DNA of 63,324 bases, the filler included, from Hyphochytrium catenoides (Eukaryota > Protista > Hyphochytriomycota): the NCBI GenBank assembly GCA_900088475.1. It is 5 parts of 5 records of this genome, joined end to end, with 100 filler letters (N's around TTAATTAATTAA, not from the genome) between each part and the next. Parts side by side here need not be neighbours in the genome. Positions count along the whole stretch, not along the records: positions 31,038 to 40,429 come from FLMG01002077.1; positions 40,530 to 48,171 come from FLMG01001111.1; positions 48,272 to 62,065 come from FLMG01000953.1; 2 more parts are not named here. One strand, given 5' to 3'. The first letter of the stretch is position 1. The number at the start of each line of letters is the position of its first letter. The position numbers were made by a program, and so were the translations under genes. Shown here piece after piece: positions 36,829 through 49,058 of the stretch. Under the pieces are notes generated by a model. The model saw only the letters and a list, made by a program, of their open reading frames with translations, did not search any database and was not told where the DNA came from.

Positions 36829-37372
36829 ATTTCCTCGTCGCGCTTGAGGATGGGGCAACCAACTAAGTAGCAAAGAGGAACAATGAATAGTCACCGTAGC
36901 TCATCAATGGGCCAAGGAAGGAGAGTTGGAACCAGACGAGAGTCATAGCTGATGGCAAACTCAGCCCGCCGCCATAGATAGAGCTAGAGAGAGACGTGAC
37001 ACTTCATAATGATCCCAAACCTTATTTACCAAATAGATCACGCGGTACCTAACAAACTGTTGTGCAAATACGGGATCTTATTATTTTGTAAATCGAAATT
37101 AATAAGGTGCTGTTGTTATCTCCGTTTGTTACCCCCAACCCCGGTAAATACCAATGGCGGGTAAACAACACAAACCTCTTCTAACGTGAGCTTGGAACTC
37201 GGCTGTCGGCAAGTCTGCAAGCAGGATGGCGCTTCCTTCTTCACGCACAGGATGAGATCATGCACTGTTTCCTTTTCTCCTTCAAACAACAAAACGCTTC
37301 CCTGCCAAAGCCTTGCGAGTCTGCTGATACTCAATAAGGGAGACAAAGTGGTGGAGTAGAACCGCGAGCTCT

Positions 37373-37943
37373 ATGGATGAAGACGATGAGCGTAGAAAAT
37401 GGAGAGCGTTACTGGCGCCCTTGATCGAGAATCCTGCTCTCTCAGGGGTTCTACTTTTTAGCCACCATGGTCAGGTCAGGAAGCTTCACGCAAGACGACA
37501 ATAGTAGTAGCGGATGTATCTGACAGATTGAGCAGGTCCTCTTCGTCCACGGGTGGTTTGAGAATGTCCACACTTCCTTGCAGAACTTATGTAACGAACG
37601 CTTGCGTTCTGAGTTTCAATTCTATTGGGACGACAACGATAAGAATCAACCAGAAATGGTGGGGTCCACAGATATTGAGATGCTCTCGCCAATGCCACAG
37701 CTAGGCTGTCGGATGGCATTGAGTCAGATCCCAAGATTGACCAATGTGGCCCTCGGCGATCTACATTTCCAGCTTTTCCGCAAACATGGGACAGGGGCTT
37801 TCGCCGTTTCCAGTCGAAGAAGATGCGGACTGACCATCAACCGGACGCAGTCATTCTTTCTGTTTACGAGTTGTCACTGGCCAAACTCAGTCAGACAAGC
37901 AGTTCCCATTGTGGAGAAGTTCATCTACAATCGTCAGTGCTAA
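37373..37943 (+). CDS. Divergent profilin-like protein
   Basis: Exon 1 MDEDDERRKWRALLAPLIENPALSGVLLFSHHGQ; intron 37475-37535; exon 2 ends VALGDLHFQLFRK..GLTINRTQSFFLFT..WPNSVRQAVPIVEKF, matching the profilin pattern. Confidence 0.6.
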
Positions 37944-37993
37944 TAACAATGTATATATATATTATACTTTTAGGTCCAATGTTGGCAATAGAG

Positions 37994-39769
37994 TCAGACC
38001 CTTTCGCCTCTGAGCTGGCACGCCGTGAGGTCTTCTAAGAAGGGGTCTCTAGATTTGAAAGTGAGCCAGCGTCCAGGGCCCTACTATCAGTGTCAGGTAT
38101 GATTTCTACCAAAGCAGCTATAGACCTCTCTTTTTACCTCTGTTTCATAAAACCGTAGCTGTAAACTCCAGGCGTGAAGGCACATTCGGACCGCATCTGA
38201 AGTTGATCGAGCATAGGTGGCATCACCAACTGTCGCCGTGTCATCAGTTTGAGTGGAACTCTGGGTCTTAAGAATTGAGGAGAGCTTACCAATGGGGTAG
38301 CCAACATACTTCATATGCAGTCGGAGCTGGTGCCTCCGCCCAGTTACAGGAACCAATAGCACTTTAGTAACGGGGTTCCCGCCTTGAAGATAGTGACCCA
38401 GTATCCTGACATGCGTGAAGGCATGCTTATATGCGATACATCGAGTGTCAGCTCCCAACTCATGACTGGCATCGCAATAGATGAACTCACTCGACCAGGA
38501 TTTCTGTCATTTCCCACCTCCATGGCAAAGCCACCTTCAGTGTCGTCGGCAACAGGAATCGTAATGCTGAAGTCAAACTGAAGGTAGGTTAGGCTCATTA
38601 CTTACTATGTTTCTAATGCAGTCTCTCACCTTATCATCACCTGTCTGGTCAGCCTCCAGCCCATACTTCTCTTCCGCCTGCCTAGCTTTCATATCTCTAT
38701 GGTATCGTTCCCTAAAAGACGCTTCGTGAGAACTGTTTGGCCGTTGCAGTGCCTGTACAGGCTTACTTGTCCATTGCCGCCTCTTCCACAAACGCTTGCA
38801 CCACTTGAGGACTACGTTCAATGGCCGCCTGCCAGGTTTGTAGAGTCATGATGTCTCTCTGCAGAGCGGTCAGGTTCAAGCCCATGGCACTCCGTCTCTT
38901 TGCTTGCGCGAGCTTCATTTCAAAGAGCTTTGCAGCAGTCCTAGGGCCTACGAGTCGGTGAGGTTCTTTCAGAGGTCGGTTTGGGAACAATCCTCCAACC
39001 TTTGATGCGGGGCCTCTTGTGCCTTTGATTGGACGATGCTGTAGGAGGAGGTGAGGGCTTTTCCGGAGAAAAGTCCAGGGGAATGTGACCTAGGAAGTGA
39101 ACCAGGCAAGATTAGTCATCACTAACGGTGTTAAAAAAGTCAATAGGAGGTACCTTCAACCAAAGCAAGATACTTTTTTACAGTTCTTCGCTCTCTGAAA
39201 AGTCTAGACATCATTCCTGCCGCACTTCATGAAAAAAATTGTAAGTGGCACTTGAGCCCAACCTGGTTATCTATTTGCCATACTTCTTGTTCAAGCCAAT
39301 CAGAAGAACGCCAGACGTAGCTGCAGAGCAACATGAGATGGATCATTTGCCACTTATGAATGGGTTGACTGATAGCGCACCATAATCTAACCGATGTATC
39401 CAATAGAAATTCTCCACCTCAGGGTATCTGCGTTGCAGCTATCACACGGGTCAGGTTCTAAACTTTCAAGATAACAAGTTTTGCCACAAACCTCCTTCTC
39501 TAGTGTCACAGCAAAGTCACCATTCATCCTAAGGTCAAAGGGCTAATTTTTCAGTCAGCAATATTTTGAGCTTGGGCAGAGGTCTATTAAACAGATATGA
39601 CCTTGTTAACCACAACGTAGTCAGCAGTCTCAGCGACGGTCTCAATGTCTAGGTCGGAAAGGGAGCGGATTCCCTGTCTGAGCGTCGACTCGCGTTGCTT
39701 GTTGTCGTCCTCCTCCATTTCAATGTCATGCTGATCTCTTCGGGGCTTAACAGAGCCCTTATCTTCCAT
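37994..39769 (-). CDS. RluA-family RNA pseudouridine synthase (RPUSD1-like) with large insertion
   Basis: YVVVNKPFDLRM, IHRLDYATSGVLL, KKYLALVEG, PVTGRRHQLRLHM..GYPIVGDATY, RMCLHAWSL. Confidence 0.92.
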
Positions 39770-40151
39770 CTTGCCAAATAAGGTAGAGGGTGAGATAGTA
39801 GGGTGCTGGCTAATAGAGACCACTTCCAAAATAGCGACGAGTACACGTCGCTAGCTACAACGGGCTTGTGTGCACATTACATTGCTATAACGAAACGGAT
39901 GGTGTCCTTACTCTTCTGGTCCCACCATTTCGCTATTTCTATGATGTCTCTTGAAAATTTGGATTTCTTGGTATGTGTACGCAAATAATCTGCCATCATG
40001 GGAAACGGTATTGGCTATCATCAGTGTGGGCTCTGAGCTCTGAGGCTCTGATTATATATTCTCATGATTGATGATGATGAATCTGAAATAATAACACCAC
40101 TGATCTCTGATTTCTGATCTCCACATGTACCACAGAGGACCAAGGGCCTCC

Positions 40152-40238
40152 CTGTTATAACGTGGTTATGCCCATGTCATTGCCATGCCAAAATACTGTT
40201 ACAGGGTGGTGTCGGGACATGTCATTGCCATGCCAAAA
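40152..40238. repeat. Degenerate tandem repeat (about 45-bp unit, 21-bp identical core)
   Basis: catgtcattgccatgccaaaa at 40173-40193 and 40218-40238, each preceded by ctgtta. Confidence 0.85.
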
Positions 40239-40429
40239 CTGAAGACGGCTTTGGAGGAGCAGAACGCGTTGAACTGTATACAGGGTTCTAAGTTGCCGCC
40301 CGATACGCACCTCTCGTACATAGTAGATAGACCTTACGTATCTGGCTCGATGGTGCGGCGATTAAATGGCGCCTTCGATAATTTAAAGGTCTAAAAAACC
40401 CGACTGGCCACTCTCTCTAAGATAGGAGC

Positions 40430-40529
40430 NNNNNNNNNNNNNNNNNNNNNNNNNNNNNNNNNNNNNNNNNNNNTTAATTAATTAANNNNNNNNNNNNNNN
40501 NNNNNNNNNNNNNNNNNNNNNNNNNNNNN
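40430..40529. other. Artificial contig spacer
   Basis: N44-TTAATTAATTAA-N44. Confidence 0.97.
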
Positions 40530-40875
40530 TCTCTCTCTCTCTCCTTCTTTCTTTCTCTGCCTGCCTGTCGCTGTGCTTCATCAGCAGCTTCTGTCTGTCT
40601 CTTTGTGTGTGTTTCTCTTGCTCTTTCTCTCTCTCTCTCTGTATCTCTCTGCTTCTGCCAATTCACTCTCTTTCTCCTTTATGGGCCACTCTCTCCTCCT
40701 CCCGGCTCTCTCCCCGTTTCACGGTTATCGATACTGCTCTTCACGTCTCTCCTTTTCTTTCTCTCTTATTCAGTGCTTCTGTTGTGCTTGTGAATCTCTT
40801 CTAACGACCCCGGTCTACTCTCTCTTTCTCTCTTTCTCTCTCTGTGTTTTTCTCTCTCTCTCTCTCTCTCTGCAG

Positions 40876-41367
40876 CGGGTGATTCTAAGACTCTGATGTT
40901 TGCTTGTGCGAGCCCTGCGGACTATAACGCGGAAGAGTCTTTCTGCACCTTGAACTTCGCTGCTAGAGCCAGGAGCGTGGAGATGGGACAGGTAAGAAAA
41001 ATTATCTCTCTCTCTCTCTTCCCACTGCGCTGCTCGTCTCTTCTGTTTCTCTGTCGATGATTTATCGGTGCAGACACGCGTCTTCCTCTTCTTGTTCTCT
41101 AAATCTTCCGCCTTCACTTCTCCTGGATCTCTGTGTGTGTCTCTCTCTCTTTGTTTCTTTCGCCCTCTACTTCTTGGTCCTCTCTCTTCTCTTCCTCAGG
41201 CGACATCTCTTAACCTTTTCTCGCCCTTTGTTACCTCTTTCTCTTTCTCTTCGCTTTTCTCTCTCTGCACCACACTCTGTCTTGTTTGCATGCACGCCCT
41301 TACTCTCTTTTTGCACTTCCCTTGCTTTCTCTCTTTGTAATTTTGTCTCTCTCTCTCTCTTCCTCTC

Positions 41368-41409
<42 letters not shown>

Positions 41410-41564
41410 AGGCTACGAAGAATGTGTCCCGGCCAAGCACGCCTCGCGGTGACGGTGGCAAGGAAGCAGCCGGAGGAAAAGGCTCAAGCACGAGGCCAAG
41501 CACGCCGAAGACAGTGGCAGGAGAAGGAAAGAGTCTTTCCTCTACACCTAAAGCAAAGAAATAA
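40876..41564 (+). CDS. Kinesin-14-like motor, last two exons (5' part beyond the contig edge)
   Basis: GDSKTLMFACASPADYNAEESFCTLNFAARARSVEMGQ, then ATKNVSRPSTPR. Confidence 0.88.
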
Positions 41565-42077
41565 TTGACCGTGTCTCGAGTCTCTCTTTCCTCTTGAAGA
41601 GAGGCCCTGCTGCAAGAGAGAGAAAGATCCCTCTCTCTCTCTCTCTCTCTCTAAGTTAGGTTCCTATCGATATCCCCTTGCTTCTGACGTCTGTCTATAA
41701 TAACAACTTGTCTATTCAAAAGTGCTAAGCGCATGAAACGGAGAAGAGAGAGAGACACCAACTAAGAACAGACTGATACCCTAAGCTGGTGTGCCTTCTC
41801 TCTCTCTCTCTCTCTCTGCCTGTCTCCCTCTTTCTCTTTTCTGTTTCTTTAGTTGGTCATAGAAGCGAGAGAGAGAACGTAAGAGGATGATGGGCTTCAT
41901 TACACTTTATGTTGGGCACATCAGGTCCTCGTTTTCTCTCTCTATTTGCCCGCTCGTTTCCATTTTTCTAACTCTCTAGCATAAGACGACCTCCTCCCTT
42001 CTCTTCTCCAATGTCTTTTTTCCTTTTTCTCTCTCTCTCTCTCTCTTTCTTTCTCTCTCTCTCTCTCGTCGCCTGTC

Positions 42078-45000
42078 TCACTGTGCAGAGGCCTTCTCAA
42101 AGAGCTTCTTCTGCTTCTCCCAATCTTTCTTGAGCTTTTTGATGGTGCTCTTAGTGAGAGGCTCTCCGGCAGCATCGTGAGTGGGAATGCCATCGTCATC
42201 AAACTTTGAATACTTGTCTGTCTCTTTCTTGAACATCTCGCGAGGATCCAGGTTCATGCGGGCTTTGGTGGGGGCACGGGTGAAAGAGAGAGAGAGAGAG
42301 AGACAGCGATTATAAAGGAAGGAGAGCAGGAAGAGAGAGGCGGAAGAAAAGAGGAAGAAGATAGCACGAGAGAAAGAGGAGGCAAGAATGATTAGGCTAC
42401 GAAGAGGAGAGCATGGACCTGAGCGAGCAGCAACAGAAGAGCCTGAGAGGAGAGATTGTGCTAGGCCGAAGAGGTAAAGTGGTGATAGGATAGAGAGCAG
42501 AAGAGAGAGAGGAAGACAGAGAGAGAGAGGACAAATAGAGGGTAAGAAAGACAGATAGAGGGAAAGAGCGAGAGGAACCCTCTCAAAGCTTGGGCAGAAG
42601 AGGCCATAAAAAGGCAAAGGGAAGACACAGACCAGAATGTAGACGAGACTTACCTTTCTTCTCTGCCAGTTGTCGTGCTTGCTCTTCCTTCCTGCTGCGG
42701 TTGGCAGCGCTAGCTCCTGCAGTCTTCTTGGGACCGCTTTCCTTGAGAGACACTGTAGGGGATGCCCCCAACGAGAGAGGAAGAGAGAGGAAGGAGAGGG
42801 CGAGTCAGAAGGTAATTGCAATGTATTAGAGAATACAGCTGCGGAGCAGTCACTGTAGGAGATGCCACAACGAGAGGAAAGGAGAAGAAGGAGAGGTTCA
42901 AGAAGGGGTCCAAGGAAGCGTGCCCTCTCTCTCTTTTCTCCAGTCTCTTCTCTCTAGCCTCTTTTTTTGTTTGCCTTCCACTCTTCTGGCTTCTGGCTTA
43001 GAGGATCTATAGGCGCACCTGTCTGGTTGAAGATAATCTTCTCTTTGGTGCTGTCAGGGTCTACGACAAAGAAGCCGATTCTCTCGAACTGGACGCTGGT
43101 CAGTGGAGGCAGATCCCACACACTTCGGTCCACTACCGCCGTGCTAATAACCTAAGTAAAGATATAGACGCCTTAGTGGCAGGAGCAGAAGCAGAGAGAC
43201 ACATCTCAGAAAGAAAGACAGGGCGTTGCAAGATTAAGAGAGCCATCTTTTGAGGAGAGGAAAAGAGTGAAACAGAGGAAGGAGAGATACCGAGAAGCAG
43301 TCTAAAGCAAATGGATAATGCAAAGCGTCCAAACAGAGGGCAGAACAGAAAGAGAGAAAAGAGAGAGAAATACACCTTCTCGCTGTTCGGATTCAGCTCT
43401 GTCTCCCAGGAGACTTCTTTGTTTGTTCCCGGGTTCTCAACAGTGAAGAGATAGTCATACATGCGCACCTGAAATTGGCAAGGAAGGAAATAACGTTATG
43501 AGAGTGCAAAGGTAAGAATGGGCACTGAGAAAGCAAGTCTAAGAGAGAGAGACTGACCGAGAGGCAAAGAAACAAACACGGTGAGAGAGAGAACAAGATA
43601 GAAGCCAGAAAGATAGACAGACTCTTAAGTAAGCTAATGAGGAAAGGAAGGATTCAGTGCATGGCCTGACCCAGATGCACACTCTCTTTCTTACCTCGAC
43701 ACGCCTCTCAGCTGCGTTGCAGCTCACCCAGGTAAGATTGCCCTTGGGTTTGTTCTTCTTCTCAAAGTCCGCAGTGACGTGAAGCTCAACGATCTCTCCA
43801 TTCTTTCCCTTTACAATGTCCGTACAGGTGACATTGTAGCTATACTTCAGACTGACCTCCTTTCCAGGAGAGAGACCTGTCAGAGTAGATTGAAGAAGGA
43901 GAGGCAGTACCCATTAGCATATGAAAGCAGGGAGAAGGGGTGCCCGAAAAAGGAAGAGCTGGACAAAGAAGGACGCCGTAAGAGGTAAGACCCCTTCGGC
44001 AAAGTCGAGGGTAAGAGAGACGTTCACCGTCAGAGAGAGAGAGAGAGAGAGAGANNNNNNNNNNNNNNNNNNNNNNNNNNNNNNNNNNNNNNNNNNNNAG
44101 ACGATTAGGTGTGCCAGAAGGCAGGTGCCTTGGCGAGACTGAGCCATACCGAAGAAGTCAGGGTCATCCTCCTCCTTGAAGTCGGACCGATCGATAAAGA
44201 TCTCACGAGTCAGCTCTACCTCGTGATGACCTAATCAAAAGAGAGAGGAGAGAGACATTAGAATAATAAAAAAAGAGCAGCGCAGCAAAAAGAAGTTCAG
44301 ATAAGATGACAGAGGGAGAATTATGGAGAGAAATAGTGGCCCAATGCACCAGAAAAGTCTCGAGAAAACCTCTCTACGATATAGAGACGATACCTCTGTC
44401 TGCGTCATAAGGAAAGTCAGGCACTTGGATAGTCTCCACCTTCCCTTCCTCGAAGTTAGTGATCACAACCTAGAGGCAAAATGGAGAGAAAGCAGTCAGA
44501 GTGACAGCTTCCGCATAAGCGAAAGACGCCAGATAGTGCAGACAGAGGAAAAACTCTACAAAGGAGGCGAAGAAAAGAATGCAGAGGCAGAAGGAGGTAG
44601 AGATCAAGGTTGGCTAAAGAGAACACCTGAGTGCGTATATGGCCGAGAACACCAAGAGACAGACAAGTGGAGGAGCGCAGAGATGGGAAGGCCGGAATGA
44701 GAGAAGTAATAGAAAGGGCACCTTGATCGGATCCAGAACAGCCATCGCCCTCTTCGCCACGTAGTGAAGCGTTTGTCTGGCCCAGAACTCTAATCTCTGA
44801 ATCTCTATCACATTATCATTGCGAGTCACGCCGATGTCCTGGCAGAAGTCATTCAGAGCTTTGGCAGTGTAGCCACGGCGCCGGAGGCCTGATATAGAGC
44901 AATGCATAGAGGTGAGCGTAGAGCAGGAAGAAGAGAGCGTGATGAAGCAAACGCGGTGCTATTGAGGAATCCAAGGCTCTTGCTTCCCTTGGAAGGGCTT

Positions 45001-47367
45001 CGACCATTCTCTTCGCCCTGCATGATCTCAAAGTCTCGTGCTGTTGAGCGCCATCCGTCTATCACCGTGTCTATCTTCTCCTTCCTCTCTATGCCTTGCA
45101 TGCTTCTGGCTCTCATTGAGTCTATTGTCCCCTGTAAACCTTACCATTGATAGTTGGCATGCGGGGATCATCCCAGCCCCTCACGAAGCCCTCCTTCACA
45201 AGCTTAAGAAGTTTTCTCTTGGACATCACCGTGTAGGTCAAGTTAAGTCTGGAGAACTCGTACACCTGGAGTCACAGTGTTAGCTGACTAGTTCCAAGTG
45301 CTAGGACAAAGCGAAACTTCACAGAGAAATGCAACTAGAAAGACGAGCAGAAGCAGAATAAAAGAGATCTTCTCCCATCGTCACGGTCTCCATCTTTACT
45401 CTTACAGCCCCATTCACCTTCTCCGGCGTGAGAAAGGCAGGTGCTAACATACCTTAGGCCTGTAGAGATCTAGCTGCTCCAGAAGCCAGTAGTAGCTCTC
45501 CCTCCTCGTCTCAAACTCCAAGGTACAGATCGAGTAGTCAATGTGCTCCAGACTGTCGATGATACAGTGCGTGTAGTCATAGGTCGGGTAGATGCACCAG
45601 GCGTCCCCAAGATGTGGGTGCGGCACATACTTAATCCGATAGGCCACAGTGTCCCACATGTTAGGGTTTGGTGAGGACATGTCCATCTTCATCCTGAGGC
45701 ACGCCTCGCCTGGAAAGAGAGTCAGGCATAACGTGAGAGAAGTGTATGAAGAAAACGAACAACTATCAGACTAATGTAGAGATTCTTAGGTATGGGAGAA
45801 AGGGAAAGAGCGAATTGAATCGGAGAGGCCCTAAAGGCAAGGCGAGGGACTAAAGAGCAATAAGACGAAGTAATCACTATGAGCGCCACTTGCGGAGAAG
45901 CCCTGAAGGAGTACCAAGCATGGTAGAAGAAGCAAGGTAAAGAAAGAAAGCCGGGGGGACCAAATGGCAGAAGAAGAGGGTTTGATATTCTGATAAGGAG
46001 AAAGAAACGTTATCTGCTGTCCAAGAAGATTGCTCATAAGAAGCTGCGGCAGGGACAACGAAGGACTAGGTTATGTCTCACCTTCCGCAAACTTCCCCTT
46101 TCTCATGTCCTCAAAGAGCTTAAGATTCTCTTCCACGGTCCTCTCTCTCCAGGGGCTGTGGGGGTCACCCTCAGCCTCTGGATTGTTGATCTTCGCCCTC
46201 GCAATGTCTCGACAGCGAGCAATCTCTTCTCCCGTCTGATGGCAGACGAAGGCCTTTCCCTTCTTAATCAGCTTGACTGCTAACTGGTAGAGCTCCTATT
46301 GTCACATTGAAGGTTAAGATAGAGAGACCAAGGCAGAAGCTTAGAGGGACAGGATGCACTTCCAAGGGGAAGAGAAAGCAGAGAGATTTGCCCCAATGAC
46401 GGAGCTACGAGTAAGAAGGAGTTAAAGAAAGGAAGGAAAGAGGAAAAAAGAGAGAAGGAAGATAGGAAGACTGATGTGGGATCTTAAATGGGAGAGCTAT
46501 GGACTAAGCAAAGACATCATTTCTAGGGTGCAAGGGAAGTAGGTAGCTGAGGAAGGACCGAGACAACAACAAAGAGAGAGAGAGAGAGGGAGNNNNNNNN
46601 NNNNNNNNNNNNNNNNNNNNNCCCTTGCCTCAAAGTAGTCAGAGGAGAAGGTGATCTTGGCAGGCTTCCAGCCCATCCAGTTGACGCTTGCAGCTATGCC
46701 ATCAATGTACTCCTGGCTCTCTGCCTCAGGATTGGTATCGTCATACCTGAGCAGAAAGAGTTGTTAGCCTTATGACCATCAACAGAGAGTACGCAGGGGA
46801 AGATGGCCAGAAGTGAGAGAGAGACTAACAGAGAAAGAGAGAGACAGAGGGGAGAATGCTTATCTTAGGGAAGAGAGAAGGGGACGGTTGGATGGTTCAT
46901 GCGGACATAGAGACAAGGCTTGCGAGCAAGAGTTGGCAGTATCGCAGCTCAACATGTGAGCAGGATCAGAGTGCCTACGGTCAACCTCTGGACGTCAGAA
47001 GAGTAAATAACTGCGAGAGAGGCCGCGCAATCACCCGAGATGAACCGCAAGAAGCGGCAGCGAAGATGAAAGGCCAGCCTTGGCAGAAAAGGAGCATCAA
47101 GCACGCATCGACTGACCTTAGGTAGGTTTCCCTAAGATTAGTAGGCACTCTCAGCTTTTCAAACGCTTGGGAGAAGTTCATGTTCATGGACTTTGCATGT
47201 CCAATGTGCAGGTAGCCATTGGGCTCAGGAGGGAAGCGGGTGCGGACCTTCCCCCCTGTGGCTTGCTTGTGCTGCTCCAGCAGCTCCGGCGTGTTCTTGG
47301 CAGACTCCAGCTCACGCGCGGCAAGCGCTTCCGTGGCTGCGGCGTTGGTCTCAGTCTCTTCAGCCAT
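42078..47367 (-). CDS. QARS: Glutaminyl-tRNA synthetase with CysRS-like C-terminal appendage
   Basis: [65 protein letters not shown]; many long CT-rich introns and one GC donor (46628). Confidence 0.96.
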
Positions 47368-47534
47368 CTTTCCCTTGTACCAGTGAAGCTTCAAAAGCCC
47401 AATGCCGTGACTTCAGCAGTGGAAGAGCGTGATTGAGCTTGGGCAGCAAAGTCCCAAGAGCTTATAAAGACAGACAGTGAGACGCCAGGGGATTTAGTGG
47501 AAAAAGGGTAGAAGAGAGTGATGTCGCTCCAAGC

Positions 47535-47539
<5 letters not shown>

Positions 47540-47600
<61 letters not shown>

Positions 47601-47612
47601 GGAGAGAGAGAG
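47540..47612. repeat. (GA)n microsatellite upstream of GlnRS
   Basis: Long GA run visible in the sequence. Confidence 0.9.
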
Positions 47613-48171
47613 AAAGTGGAAGAGATGATGGAGATTCTGGCTGTAAAGTACGACGAGCTTGTGATGATGCGTTGAAAATGACCAACCAGATCCTTTGTTA
47701 GTGCTTTACTACAGCCAACGAGACAGAGCGAGAGAGAGGGGGAGACAGACATCAGAGAGAGAGAGAGATTGAGTGAGAAAAACATAAAGATACAGGAAGT
47801 CACCGAAAGAAAGACCGAGACAGAGAGGAAGAGAGAGACACATACACAAAATAAGAGGTAGCAACCTCCAAGGACCACAAAAAAAATCTTTTGGAGTGCC
47901 AAGCTAACACTAAGTTGATTATCAACAGCATTATCGAAGAAATGATCAGAGTGATTTGTACTGTAGTTATCAAATCGTCAGTAGTCGCAGGTGCATCCTA
48001 GCTAGAACGGTAGTTTATTCCTAGGATGGTAGTGTAGAGATTTGTAGTACTTCTTTAAAACTGGATAATAAAAGTAGTCATAGAACCGAACTAGAGTTCT
48101 GGTATAGCGATGTAGAACTTAGGGTTAGGGTTACTGTAGTAGTGTGACTGCTGTTTGTATCCTAGCTGTTA

Positions 48172-48271
48172 NNNNNNNNNNNNNNNNNNNNNNNNNNNNN
48201 NNNNNNNNNNNNNNNTTAATTAATTAANNNNNNNNNNNNNNNNNNNNNNNNNNNNNNNNNNNNNNNNNNNN
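48172..48271. other. Artificial contig spacer
   Basis: N44-TTAATTAATTAA-N44. Confidence 0.97.
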
Positions 48272-49058
48272 AGAGAGAGAGAGAGAGAGAGCATGAGACG
48301 GAGATGAAGAGGAAATGTTTGCCGATCCTCCTAAAAATAGCTCCCCAAATCCGTTACAAAATGCCCCATCCACCAACTTGGCCAACAGTAACCTATATAC
48401 AGGAGATCAGCAAGCTCAACTATACATGCCCATCCACCCTATAGTGACGCTGGCGGTATAATAGAAGTTAACGGCAATATTTGGCAATCAGTTCCTTTTC
48501 ACGTTATATTTCCTTGCCTTTCTGTGCGACAAAGTTCCTTCCTGTGCGATCGCTAATAAGGCAGCAACGGTATCAGCCGCAGCGTGTCTGTTGCGCTCCA
48601 AGAAGAACAGGTTTCTTAGGGCTGATGTTACCATTCAGCGCTTTACGAGATGGTGTTCATGCTCCTCTCCTGCGAGCAAGAAGACTGCTGAGACTAGCGA
48701 GCATAGGGTGTACGAGTTGGTGGGAGCGGGAGCAAATGTTGACGACTAATGTAGCGCATCATTAAGGGCAGCGCAATTATGAACGCCCAGAACTTTAAAT
48801 TATAAGCAGCATGGACTCTAACGAGACTGGATAGTAAGCAGACAAACATGAATCATGTCAGCCAGTTCTAAAATATTGGCAGTATCAAATGCTAGCTTCG
48901 GCAAAGTTGAGAATTAATGACATCCAGTCAAACGAGAGAGTTGATGGAATGGTACAAAGTTGAACCAAATAAACATATTTGCTAGCGCTGCGAACGATAC
49001 CGAGATATCTATAAGACTCTAGTTACCCTTTTATGTCTGATCAGGTCCAACGAAGCGC

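Noticed and set aside
40060-40120. Box C/D snoRNA (ATGATGA...CTGA)
   Set aside because: Too short, lies within a TGA-rich low-complexity tract, and has no terminal stem or recognisable rRNA antisense element.
47368-47420. Non-AUG N-terminal organelle-targeting extension of GlnRS
   Set aside because: An in-frame TGA lies about 16 codons upstream of the ATG, and no targeting peptide is visible.
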